From Candidatus Margulisiibacteriota bacterium (GTDB lineage Bacteria; Margulisbacteria; WOR-1; O2-12-FULL-45-9), in the NCBI GenBank assembly GCA_034723395.1, contig JAYEOW010000038.1:1-33348 (forward strand): a DNA stretch of 33,348 bases, given 5' to 3'. Below, one piece after another: positions 8,646 through 16,706 of the stretch (its first letter is position 1; each line of letters starts with the position of its first letter). The notes under the pieces are model-generated. The model worked only from the letters and a program-made list of their open reading frames with translations, searched no databases and was not told the DNA's origin. Both the position numbers and the translations under genes were made by a program.

Positions 8646-9689
8646 AAGAGAGATATAGTCCCGGATGGGGAATCCGGCCACGTTATCAAGGCTGATGTGT
8701 CCTTTAGCAAGTGGCTCTAGCATGGAACTCTCTTTATAAACCTCAAATCGGACGGATCTGCCATTACGAGTAACTTTTATGATATATGGTTCGCCTTGAT
8801 CAAAAATAAATCCTCCATTTCCTTTTGAATTTTTTACAACAAAATTTGTTCCCCCAATATTCCCCAGCGGCATTCCGGTTGCGCCCGCATTTTTTGCAAA
8901 GGTATATTCTGTTATTGAAGGGTTTTTGCCGAATAATTTCTTAAATTGGTGAATGCTCCAATCGGGGGCCCCGTTACCATTAGCCGCGCTGCTCGCTTCC
9001 TCAGGCAGGTAATTTACCTTATCCGGTTCGAGGCCAAAAAATACTTTTCTTATTTCTCGGTTGTGTTTATGGCTAAAAATAGCTCTCCGCGCATTACCAA
9101 TTTCATCAAAGGTTAGCTGGCCTTTTATAATTCCAGCTTTTGTTTCACCGAAATGTAATAATGGAAAAAGCGCCGGCATCGCGATCCTCCCTTTGCCGTA
9201 GGTGCTCCATTCTATCTCGCAAGGGGAGGGGATCTCCCCATTCTTTGCCACCCAGGCAAGGAAGTCCGCCTTCCACCCCGGGTCCAGTAGTTCCGACCAG
9301 ATGGGACGGACCCTGAAATAAATATCACTAGGACTGCTTCCCGGATGGAGCTCAAAAAAGGCTCCATTTAATACATTTTGGGGAACTTTAAAGCGGGCAG
9401 ACAGTGTCTCCATCTCTGCTGAAGAGACGAATACCTGGTTGGTGCAGTTATTAATATTGTTGTCTTCGGTCCGAACTAAAATATGTGAGGACCGCACAAC
9501 CCTACCGCCAACTTTAATCCCATCATTAGTGAACTTAATGTCAGGAGATGTATCGTGAAGACGATGAAATTCTCTTTCAGTTATGTGTTTTCCGGGGGGA
9601 GGGGTAATGCTACGGCCAGGAGCTCTCCGTAAAAAACAATAGGCTTTACCCGGCCTGCTCCCAATTTGATATAAAGCTGTTACTCCCAT
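8625..9689 (-). CDS. Orphan hypothetical protein (354 aa), sigma-28-like motif upstream
   Basis: Long ORF with no recognisable family. Motif ends 8 nt before the ATG. 3' end overlaps the convergent gene by 21 nt. Confidence 0.7.
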   Translation of the reverse strand: MGVTALYQIGSRPGKAYCFLRRAPGRSITPPPGKHITEREFHRLHDTSPDIKFTNDGIKVGGRVVRSSHILVRTEDNNINNCTNQVFVSSAEMETLSARFKVPQNVLNGAFFELHPGSSPSDIYFRVRPIWSELLDPGWKADFLAWVAKNGEIPSPCEIEWSTYGKGRIAMPALFPLLHFGETKAGIIKGQLTFDEIGNARRAIFSHKHNREIRKVFFGLEPDKVNYLPEEASSAANGNGAPDWSIHQFKKLFGKNPSITEYTFAKNAGATGMPLGNIGGTNFVVKNSKGNGGFIFDQGEPYIIKVTRNGRSVRFEVYKESSMLEPLAKGHISLDNVAGFPIRDYISLLVDLIP

Positions 9690-9697
9690 GACAACTA

Positions 9698-9727
9698 TTT
9701 ATCCGGAGGTTTTGGGCAAAATTTCAG
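9698..9727 (-). promoter_or_regulatory. Sigma-28-like promoter motif, copy A
   Basis: CTGAAATT-ttgcccaaaacctc-CGGATAAA. The TGA is the stop codon of the upstream ORF. Confidence 0.65.
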
Positions 9728-10497
9728 TTTTTGTTATATTGTTCCCTCAGATCAATTAAGCTTGTATCAAAAGAATGAAGTTTTATGTCATCCAGGATCG
9801 AGTGGCCAATTCTTTGTCCATTCGATACGCAAAATAAGGAATTTTGGATTGAGATTGCCAATTTTTTGCTCTCATTTGTCGGTCCATTTTCATCAAACGA
9901 GAACAATGTGATATTACTTTCCAGCATTGATCTTATCCTTTCGAATAAAGGTCCCGGATCCGGGCCGAAAAAGAACCTGAAGCCTCTATAATCCAACGCA
10001 TGCGACGGATTATCTGTTTTGTGGCCGGTAATGCAGGCGAATGGCCGGGCATCGAGCCTGGATATTATTGCGCGGAGCAGTGACTGGTATTCCCGAAATA
10101 TTGTTTCGGCCGTTGGGCCCTTGTCGATCCGGGGGAGGAGACAATTTACCAGCACTGTTCCAAAAGGGACCTCATCACATCCAATGCGGGGAAGGACTAT
10201 CTGGGGCGCGTGATATTCGAGCTCCAGCCGGGTCGGGATAAGTGCATCGAGTGATCCCGGGGGACGGACCGAAACGGAATTGACACTGCGAGAAAATCTT
10301 TTTATTTCGGTCATTACCCGGAGTCCCGCGCTTTCAACAAATGCCTGCGCTTGTTCCATGGTTTTTAGAGCGGACAGCTCTCGAACGATCTTTCGAGGGA
10401 TCCGCCGGTTTTTATTGGTTCGATCTAACCAGCGCAAGGTATTATGTGACTTTGATATATTTAATGTTCTTGTTTTTGTTATCATTTTATTAATCAA
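9724..10497 (-). CDS. Orphan hypothetical protein (~255 aa), sigma-28-like motif upstream
   Basis: Long ORF with TTG 10497 or ATG 10485 start. No recognisable family. Confidence 0.7.
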   Translation of the reverse strand: MINKMITKTRTLNISKSHNTLRWLDRTNKNRRIPRKIVRELSALKTMEQAQAFVESAGLRVMTEIKRFSRSVNSVSVRPPGSLDALIPTRLELEYHAPQIVLPRIGCDEVPFGTVLVNCLLPRIDKGPTAETIFREYQSLLRAIISRLDARPFACITGHKTDNPSHALDYRGFRFFFGPDPGPLFERIRSMLESNITLFSFDENGPTNESKKLAISIQNSLFCVSNGQRIGHSILDDIKLHSFDTSLIDLREQYNKN

Positions 10498-10514
10498 ACT
10501 TTTCCTGTTACTTT

Positions 10515-10544
10515 AATATCGTATGGATCTGGATAGAATTTCAG
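10515..10544 (-). promoter_or_regulatory. Sigma-28-like promoter motif, copy B
   Basis: CTGAAATT-ctatccagatccat-ACGATATT. Confidence 0.7.
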
Positions 10545-10577
10545 TTTCCAAGTGATTTTTGCTATACTATTTCTGTA

Positions 10578-10703
10578 ATGGGGATTGTCCAGATTATAAT
10601 GACCGTATGTATCGTCGCTGCCGTTATCTTCTATTTCTACAAGCGGAGCAAATGGATGAAGGAACAGGAAATGGAAGAGAGGTTCCGGGATCTTTACGAA
10701 TGA
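10578..10703 (+). CDS. Small single-pass membrane protein (41 aa), not in the ORF track
   Basis: MGIVQIIMTVCIVAAVIFYFYKRSKWMKEQEMEERFRDLYE*. TGcTATACT lies 9 nt upstream. Its stop abuts the stop of the convergent ORF. Confidence 0.65.
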   Translation: MGIVQIIMTVCIVAAVIFYFYKRSKWMKEQEMEERFRDLYE

Positions 10704-11582
10704 TCAGCTCCCCGGACTATTGATCCACTCACTATCATAATATAACTCGAAGGCTCTGCTTAAGCTGAGGAAAAGACTGTTTATCCCGGCCAATTCATTC
10801 TCGATCGTATATCCTTCGATGAGCAGCGCTTTGCCGTCCCGGTTTAAAATGATCGTAATAGCTATGTGTCGGCCGACCTCTCCTGCTACCGCATCGCGGC
10901 AGATCGCGGCCTCCTTGGTCAGGCCTAATTTTACGGCGAGCATGTAGTGGAAGGCGAGGGAGGCGACGTCGTTCCAGACCTTATCCAGATCGGTTTCTGC
11001 TTCGATCTGTATCGCCTTCTTACGGATATTTGATTCAATATCGATTATTGCATCGGATAACGGCGCGCTTGAGAGCGCGTATGGCTTGATCAGCCCGAAA
11101 GCCATCTTAAGCTTTACTGCCCGCATGCCAAAGTCCCGGCAAAATTCAACCAGGAGATCGGATATATCGTTCCGGTCCCGCTTGATTACCTGGTTAATCG
11201 ATTTGAGCAGCTGCGGTATGATCTTGCCGCTGATGGACAGGAACAATTCGCTCATATCCGGGTCGGTTTCAAAATAGTTGTCGATCAATTTTTTCCCGAT
11301 TAATAATGGGACGCATTTTGTTGTAAACTTCGGGCCCTCTTGCAGAAAAACGCGGATCGTCTGTAGATTATGATAGATGTTAAACATGCTGCGAGGATTG
11401 TCCTTGTTTGAAGGGACGAAAATAATGCGGTAGCCGTTTTGGCAGTTGGTCAGGGTGTCAAAGTTCTTAACTACGGTCTGCAGGATATTGGCCAGGTGGT
11501 TAAGCTTAGTATGGTCCCACCCGTATTTTGATATCTCCCTGATATCCAGCGGCGCTTTTGGAGTAGTTCTGGTAATACGCAT
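10704..11582 (-). CDS. Orphan hypothetical protein (292 aa)
   Basis: Long ORF starting MRITRTTPKAP, with AAAGGT before the ATG and a weak motif copy at 11614-11643. Confidence 0.7.
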   Translation of the reverse strand: MRITRTTPKAPLDIREISKYGWDHTKLNHLANILQTVVKNFDTLTNCQNGYRIIFVPSNKDNPRSMFNIYHNLQTIRVFLQEGPKFTTKCVPLLIGKKLIDNYFETDPDMSELFLSISGKIIPQLLKSINQVIKRDRNDISDLLVEFCRDFGMRAVKLKMAFGLIKPYALSSAPLSDAIIDIESNIRKKAIQIEAETDLDKVWNDVASLAFHYMLAVKLGLTKEAAICRDAVAGEVGRHIAITIILNRDGKALLIEGYTIENELAGINSLFLSLSRAFELYYDSEWINSPGS

Positions 11583-11586
11583 ACCT

Positions 11587-12051
11587 TTATTGGTTAAACC
11601 CTATCTTAATAGTTACATCGGCCCGCTGTATTGCATTTTTTGCGGGATCGATGGTGATATACGCTTTAACGTTTCTTCCTTCGGTGCTGTTAACCGTAAT
11701 CTTGCATTTTAGTTGTTGATTCCTTATTCCATGAGTGGCAAGTTCTCTAATTGCGACCCGGATCGATCGATTTAATATCTGGGAACGGGCTTCGGGGTCA
11801 CCCAGGATTGCGCTGTCACTTACGGAAAACTTTATCTCACTGACATTTTTTTTCTCCAGGGCCGAAGCAATTTCACGAAAGCGGGTTGCCCTTAAATATC
11901 CCGGGGTTAACACTAAGGTGTTCTTCCGTCTGTTTTTAAGTATTTTATCTTTTAGTTGGCGGGAGAATACCGTTAATCCCTTAAGGTATACACCTTTTCC
12001 AAGCAATCTAAAGGGACGCTCCAACAATATTAAATTACGGAACATTTTCAT
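11587..12051 (-). CDS. Orphan basic hypothetical protein (154 aa), sigma-28-like motif upstream
   Basis: ORF fills the gap between neighbours. Motif ends 8 nt before the ATG. Confidence 0.6.
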   Translation of the reverse strand: MKMFRNLILLERPFRLLGKGVYLKGLTVFSRQLKDKILKNRRKNTLVLTPGYLRATRFREIASALEKKNVSEIKFSVSDSAILGDPEARSQILNRSIRVAIRELATHGIRNQQLKCKITVNSTEGRNVKAYITIDPAKNAIQRADVTIKIGFNQ

Positions 12052-12059
12052 CTTGAATA

Positions 12060-12089
12060 TTTATCGGGGGAAAATTGCGCAGATTTCAG
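12060..12089 (-). promoter_or_regulatory. Sigma-28-like promoter motif, copy C (inside the 3' end of the HAD gene)
   Basis: CTGAAATC-tgcgcaattttccc-CCGATAAA. The TAA is the upstream stop codon. Confidence 0.7.
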
Positions 12090-12594
12090 TCCAATTTTTA
12101 ACTCTTTTTATGTTTTTTTTCTTAGTGGAAAAACGGTTCCAGGGATGGTCGAAGAGGAACACCCGATCGCAGTGTTCTGCGAGCAGTTCGCATTCTTCAA
12201 AATGGTCCTCAATAAAAATGTCGCAATCCTTTGCTTTTAAGAATTTTTCCTTCTCTCTTGAATGATGAAGCTCATGATAAGGGACATTGAGCTTTTTTAG
12301 CCAGCTTTTAGTTTGCCGGTTAAAGAGGGGGAAACGTCCAGTGATCAGTTTAATGTGATGTTTATCCGACCATCCTTGAATAGTTTCGATCGCGCCATCG
12401 ATCGGCGAGATCCTGGTCATTACCTTGGTCCGCCAGGCGTTAAAGAAATAGCGCCAAAGTTTTAGCCGTTCTTTGCGGAAGATATCAACTACTTCTGACG
12501 GATCGACCTTCCTTCCCATGAATTCGTTGAAGTAATCCGAAAGGTCACGGAAGGTATCCGCTATTACGTTGTCTATATCGATCCCGATTTTCAT
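12061..12594 (-). CDS. HAD-superfamily 5'(3')-deoxyribonucleotidase-like protein (NT5C/YqfW type)
   Basis: MKIGIDIDNVIADT (DxD motif I), ITGR (motif II), DIFIEDH (motif IV), LFDHPWN, RVKNW. Confidence 0.85.
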   Translation of the reverse strand: MKIGIDIDNVIADTFRDLSDYFNEFMGRKVDPSEVVDIFRKERLKLWRYFFNAWRTKVMTRISPIDGAIETIQGWSDKHHIKLITGRFPLFNRQTKSWLKKLNVPYHELHHSREKEKFLKAKDCDIFIEDHFEECELLAEHCDRVFLFDHPWNRFSTKKKNIKRVKNWTEICAIFPR

Positions 12595-12614
12595 ATATTA
12601 ATTATTATAACACA

Positions 12615-12654
12615 CCCTCACCCCCTGTCCCCCTCTCCCAAAAGGAGAGGGGGA
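12615..12654. repeat. REP-like palindrome (CCCTCACCCC..CCCTCTCC/GGAGAGGG family)
   Basis: Perfect 11-bp stem TCCCCCTCTCC-caaaa-GGAGAGGGGGA preceded by CCCTCACCCC. A related element lies at 20956-21025. Confidence 0.7.
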
Positions 12655-12664
12655 ACCAAAATAA

Positions 12665-12694
12665 CTGAAATTATTGCCATTTTTTAACGATATA
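12665..12694 (+). promoter_or_regulatory. Sigma-28-like promoter motif, copy D
   Basis: CTGAAATT-attgccatttttta-ACGATATA, 10 nt before ATG 12705. Confidence 0.7.
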
Positions 12695-12704
12695 TATATC
12701 AGGT

Positions 12705-13427
12705 ATGAACGTGACAAAGGCTAGAGAGAATTATAGGGTAATTCCGCATGGAGGTCCGCGAACACTGGTTTTAACCCATCTTCGCGGCGGACAAAGCCAT
12801 AATACCAGGGTTTGCCGCAAATTATGGGAAGTCGCCGATCCGGTTTTTCCAAACCGTTCCCCGTTCGACCACCGGTTGTATCTCAAGGAGAACCATACCG
12901 ATTTTCTCGAACAGGTTGAATTAAGGCTTGGACAGGATGATAAGGTCTTTTCTGCCTCGGGTTCGTTGCATGACCGCACTCCTCCGACCGGTTATGAGAA
13001 TTCTACGCATATCTTTGTCCCGGCATCGGAGCGCGGTTTTGTAGGGCCGGGCCGGCATCTTTTTTTTCTGGGAGGGGGCAACCTAAAATTCTGCCTTGCT
13101 GATACCTTCGAATCGATCATTTTAGCGAAGGGTGAGCAGGGAGAAAGGGTTCAGATCGTTATAACGACACCCTTAGCTTACACAGCAAAGGCAATGGATC
13201 GTTCGGGATACGTCAAAAATCCAAATGAATTTAGCAAAATACTGGAAGGGAGGGATCACCGTATCGCGGTCGATGGTGAATTAATTGCTGATGAGAGCGG
13301 AAAGAACCCTGTTGTTGAACTCCATTGGTTCTCTTCGGTCACTACAATGTTTGCTTCTCCATTCTTTCCTGAATTACAGGATACGACAGCCTTCTCCCGC
13401 GTAATTAATTATTTCATGCATATCTAA
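12705..13427 (+). CDS. Orphan hypothetical protein (240 aa), sigma-28-like motif upstream
   Basis: Long ORF. LFFLGGGNLKFCLADT weakly recalls the cysteine-hydrolase G-x4-C-x3-T motif. Confidence 0.7.
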   Translation: MNVTKARENYRVIPHGGPRTLVLTHLRGGQSHNTRVCRKLWEVADPVFPNRSPFDHRLYLKENHTDFLEQVELRLGQDDKVFSASGSLHDRTPPTGYENSTHIFVPASERGFVGPGRHLFFLGGGNLKFCLADTFESIILAKGEQGERVQIVITTPLAYTAKAMDRSGYVKNPNEFSKILEGRDHRIAVDGELIADESGKNPVVELHWFSSVTTMFASPFFPELQDTTAFSRVINYFMHI

Positions 13428-13429
13428 TC

Positions 13430-13458
13430 TTGAGAGCCTTCCCTCTATATGTTAAAAT
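13430..13458 (+). promoter_or_regulatory. Sigma-70 promoter of thyX (likely leaderless)
   Basis: TTGAGA-17-TAAAAT with TG extension, 8 nt before ATG 13467. Confidence 0.65.
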
Positions 13459-13466
13459 CTTTCTAT

Positions 13467-14876
13467 ATGAGAGTGATCCTCGCCGGTTATAACGTTGATA
13501 CCGAAGTCTTGGAAGACCTTAAAAAGAGCAGCCGTCCGCGGTCGGATGTTACCCCCGAGACGATCTCGGCCTCCTATGCCCGTATTTCCCGCGATCCAAG
13601 GCCGGTAGACGAACTCCGTAAAGTCGCCCGCGAAGAGGTAGAAAAAGCGCGCAAATCTAACTCCGCGATCATCTTCAAAATGGGGCACCATTCGATCGCC
13701 GAACATGCGGTCTTTAACTTTGATATCCTTGGTGTTTCACGTTTAGCCCTCGAAGAGTTAGAAAAATTCCGCCTCTGCGCCTATACCGAAAAATCACAGC
13801 GTTACCAGAAACTCGAAGATGATTATATTGTTCCGGATGAGATAAAAACTGCCGGGTTTGACAAAGATTTTATAGATACGATCAAGAAGCAAAACGCGTT
13901 CTATCATGAAATGGTTGGTCAGGGGATCGAGCCTGAAGACGCACGTTATATCACTTCTCTGGCCACCCAAGCACAGTTGGGCCAGACGATCAACGCCCGT
14001 AACCTGGAATTCCTGTTCCGCCGCTTTGCTTCTCATCCTTTAAATGAAGTTCGTAATCTAGGGAAGGAACTCTATAAATTAGTCGAGCCGATTGCGCCTT
14101 CAATTATTCTTTTTACCGAAGCGAATGAATATGATCAGAAGACTTATGGGGGAATCAGGGACAAAATCAATGAGAAATCGCGGGGAATCAAGGGGAATAA
14201 AGGGAAGGAAGTTGTTCTAGAATCATATACTAAGAATGCGGATGATGTTCTGATTGCGTCGTTTATTCATTCTTCTACGAATTTGCCTTATAAGAAGTGT
14301 TTGAAACAGGCTAAACAAATGAGCGAAAGCGAGAAAAAGGAAATCGTAAAGAAATGTTTTGAGTATGCGGAATTTTACGACCGGCCGCAGCGGGAGTTTG
14401 AATATATTGACCTGACTTATAATTTAATCGTTTCTGCAGCCTGTTTCGGACAGTTAAAAAGACACCGAATGGCTAGTATTACCAGCCAGGTATACGACCC
14501 ATCCTTAGGGGTGACGATTCCTGAGGCGATAGTGAAGGCCGGATTGGATAAGAAGTTTAAGCGTGTAGTAAACTCGACTAACAAGACATTTACAAAAATA
14601 GCTGAGAAACATCCTATGGCTGCACAATATATTCTAACGAATGCGCATCGTAAACGGGTGTTGATCAATGTTAATGCCCGTGAGCTATATCATATTTCAA
14701 GGCTGCGGGAAGATGCCCATGCGCAGTGGGATATTAAGGTTATTAGCCAAAAGATGACCGGGCTGGCAAAAAGGGTTATGCCGCTAACCATGATGTTTAT
14801 CGGCGGAAAAGATGGGTATCCCGCAGTTTATGAGGCTCAATTTGGTAAGAAACCGAAGGTAATGCCACTCGCGTAA
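13467..14876 (+). CDS. thyX: FAD-dependent thymidylate synthase, tandem ThyX domains
   Basis: GHHSIAEH, KFRLCAYTEKSQRY, EDARY and INARNL in domain 1. QLKRHRMAS, NARELYH and HAQWDI in domain 2. Confidence 0.9.
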   Translation: MRVILAGYNVDTEVLEDLKKSSRPRSDVTPETISASYARISRDPRPVDELRKVAREEVEKARKSNSAIIFKMGHHSIAEHAVFNFDILGVSRLALEELEKFRLCAYTEKSQRYQKLEDDYIVPDEIKTAGFDKDFIDTIKKQNAFYHEMVGQGIEPEDARYITSLATQAQLGQTINARNLEFLFRRFASHPLNEVRNLGKELYKLVEPIAPSIILFTEANEYDQKTYGGIRDKINEKSRGIKGNKGKEVVLESYTKNADDVLIASFIHSSTNLPYKKCLKQAKQMSESEKKEIVKKCFEYAEFYDRPQREFEYIDLTYNLIVSAACFGQLKRHRMASITSQVYDPSLGVTIPEAIVKAGLDKKFKRVVNSTNKTFTKIAEKHPMAAQYILTNAHRKRVLINVNARELYHISRLREDAHAQWDIKVISQKMTGLAKRVMPLTMMFIGGKDGYPAVYEAQFGKKPKVMPLA

Positions 14877-14896
14877 TAATAAGGGGGGGGAAGTAA

Positions 14897-15985
14897 ATGT
14901 TAAAGAGAATAATTGTTTTTTGTCTGCTTTCACTGTTTGTGCTTTCGGTTTCGGTAATGGCGCTCGATTTCCAGACCGGGAAAAAGGTCTATGTGGCAAA
15001 GGACCAGATCATATTTGACAATTTCTTTGCTTCGGGTGAAAAGGTATATATAGCCGGACGGATAATGGGCGACCTGATCGTTTTTGCTGGTGAGGTAATC
15101 GTCACCGGGCAGGTTGACGGCAATATTATCACCGCTGGCGGAGATGTTAAGCTTTCCGGGAGGGCACAGAATATTTTTGCGTCCGGCGGCACCATTCTGG
15201 TCAACGGGGTTGTTAAACGGGACTTGCTGATCGGCGGCGGCGAGATCTATATTACCAAGAATTCGAGGGTAGGGCGTGATGCCTATATCGGCGGCGGATC
15301 CGCTAATGTTGCGGGTAAGATATATCGGAACCTGAAGGCAGGGACCGGGACACTGGTTATCTCTCAAAATGCGCTAGTAAAAGGGAAAATTGATTACTCT
15401 TCACGCTATTCAAATGTGTCCAACAAAGCGAAGATATTGGGGAAAGTATCTTACCATCCAATGCCCGATTATCAAGAACAAGCCCAAAGAGTATTTGCGG
15501 GGATCGCACTTACTCGGGAAATTATCGGAGTCTTAACTATTTTATTGCTAGGTCTTCTGTCAATTTTCTTCTTGCCGCACCAGGTTAAGTTGATCCGGGT
15601 GGCGATGCAGAGGGATTTTTGGAAGAATTTTGGGATGGGGATATTATCCCTTATCCTGATCCCCATCGTTACCATTCTCCTCTTTGTGACCTTAGTCGGT
15701 TTTCCGCTGGGGATCCTTCTTTTAGTAGCCTATATATTCGGCATCTATTTTACGACGATTTTTGCCAGCATCTATATCGGCCACTGGATATTTAAAAAGA
15801 TGGGGAAACCGAATATCCATAACGGTTGGTCGCTGGTCGTCGGTTATATCGTATTTAAGGTGTTGACCTGGATCCCGCTGATCGGCTGGCTCTTTGGACT
15901 GATTGTCTTCTTCTGGGCCTTTGGCACCCTGGTCACCACCAGGTTTGTCACTTATAAAGAGGCGAGGGAGCGGGGCGTTCTTTAG
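14897..15985 (+). CDS. Membrane protein with bactofilin-like/polymer-forming beta-helix repeats
   Basis: Signal peptide, repeated GG-x-V-x-I-x-G-x-V-x-G-D units, then several TM helices (TLVGFPLG, IPLIGW). Confidence 0.75.
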   Translation: MLKRIIVFCLLSLFVLSVSVMALDFQTGKKVYVAKDQIIFDNFFASGEKVYIAGRIMGDLIVFAGEVIVTGQVDGNIITAGGDVKLSGRAQNIFASGGTILVNGVVKRDLLIGGGEIYITKNSRVGRDAYIGGGSANVAGKIYRNLKAGTGTLVISQNALVKGKIDYSSRYSNVSNKAKILGKVSYHPMPDYQEQAQRVFAGIALTREIIGVLTILLLGLLSIFFLPHQVKLIRVAMQRDFWKNFGMGILSLILIPIVTILLFVTLVGFPLGILLLVAYIFGIYFTTIFASIYIGHWIFKKMGKPNIHNGWSLVVGYIVFKVLTWIPLIGWLFGLIVFFWAFGTLVTTRFVTYKEARERGVL

Positions 15986-15987
15986 AA

Positions 15988-16272
15988 TTGCAATCGCAGA
16001 AAGCTAAAGGCTTTATATCGATCTTCCTGGCTGCCTTTTTCTTTGGGCTTTTGGCCTTTCTGGTTAAAGTTGCGGTGGCGACCATGCCGGCTGCCCAAAT
16101 CCTTTTTGTAAGGTCGGTCCTAACCTTGCTCTTTATCTTTGCGATCCTGTTCGCGATCTTATTCCTCAACGAGGCCTTTACGTTCCATTTTGTAATCGGA
16201 GCAGCGTTAGTTTTTGGCGGCGGTCTCTATCTGATCGCTCGTGAAGAAGGGTGGCTTCCTTTCCTAAAATGA
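15988..16272 (+). pseudogene. EamA/DMT transporter, internally deleted
   Basis: Has the EamA N-terminus (FG....VK.....P..QILFVRS) fused to an EamA C-terminus (LFLNE......IGAALVFGG) in only 94 aa. Confidence 0.6.
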
Positions 16273-16706
16273 AATTTGTCAAACGCTTCCTGATAATGTT
16301 TGTCCTGCTCGATAATTTCTTGAGCAATTTACCAAAGAAAATATTCTTTAAGACTAACTGGGTATTGGGCGGGAAGTGTAAGCAATGCGGGCGGTGCTGC
16401 CAGAGGATCCTGATGAAGGCGAACCCGCGGCAGCTCTCCAGCCCGCTTTTTACCAAATTGGCGATCGGCTGGACCTGCTGGCTGTTTGATTTTATTTTCC
16501 TCGATACCGATTACGAAAATCATTACATAGCTTTTACCTGTAAGCATTTACAATCGAATGGTAAATGCGGCAACTACTTCTGGCGGCCGAACGTTTGCCG
16601 AAACTTTCCTTTAGTCGATTACTTCGAAGAGCCCAAGATTTTACCATGGTGTGGTTTTAGGGCGCACCGGCGTGATATAATCAAAACTGCCAATGAAAAA
16701 GGTTAA
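16269..16706 (+). CDS. YkgJ family CxxCxxCC cysteine-cluster protein
   Basis: CKQCGRCC...CKHL...CGNYFWRPNVCRNFP. ATGA-coupled start at 16269. Confidence 0.85.
   Translation: MKFVKRFLIMFVLLDNFLSNLPKKIFFKTNWVLGGKCKQCGRCCQRILMKANPRQLSSPLFTKLAIGWTCWLFDFIFLDTDYENHYIAFTCKHLQSNGKCGNYFWRPNVCRNFPLVDYFEEPKILPWCGFRAHRRDIIKTANEKG

Noticed and set aside
11735..12265. 176-aa plus-strand ORF
   Set aside because: Antisense to the HAD gene and to the motif-preceded 11587..12051 ORF, so it is a shadow ORF.
8625..13427. Integron cassette array or CRISPR array
   Set aside because: No attC-like palindromes, no integrase, mixed gene orientations, and no regularly spaced direct repeats.
16270..16298. TGAAATTT...CTGATAAT resembling the sigma-28-like motif
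   Set aside because: The spacing is one base short and it overlaps the ykgJ start codon and coding sequence, so it is probably chance.
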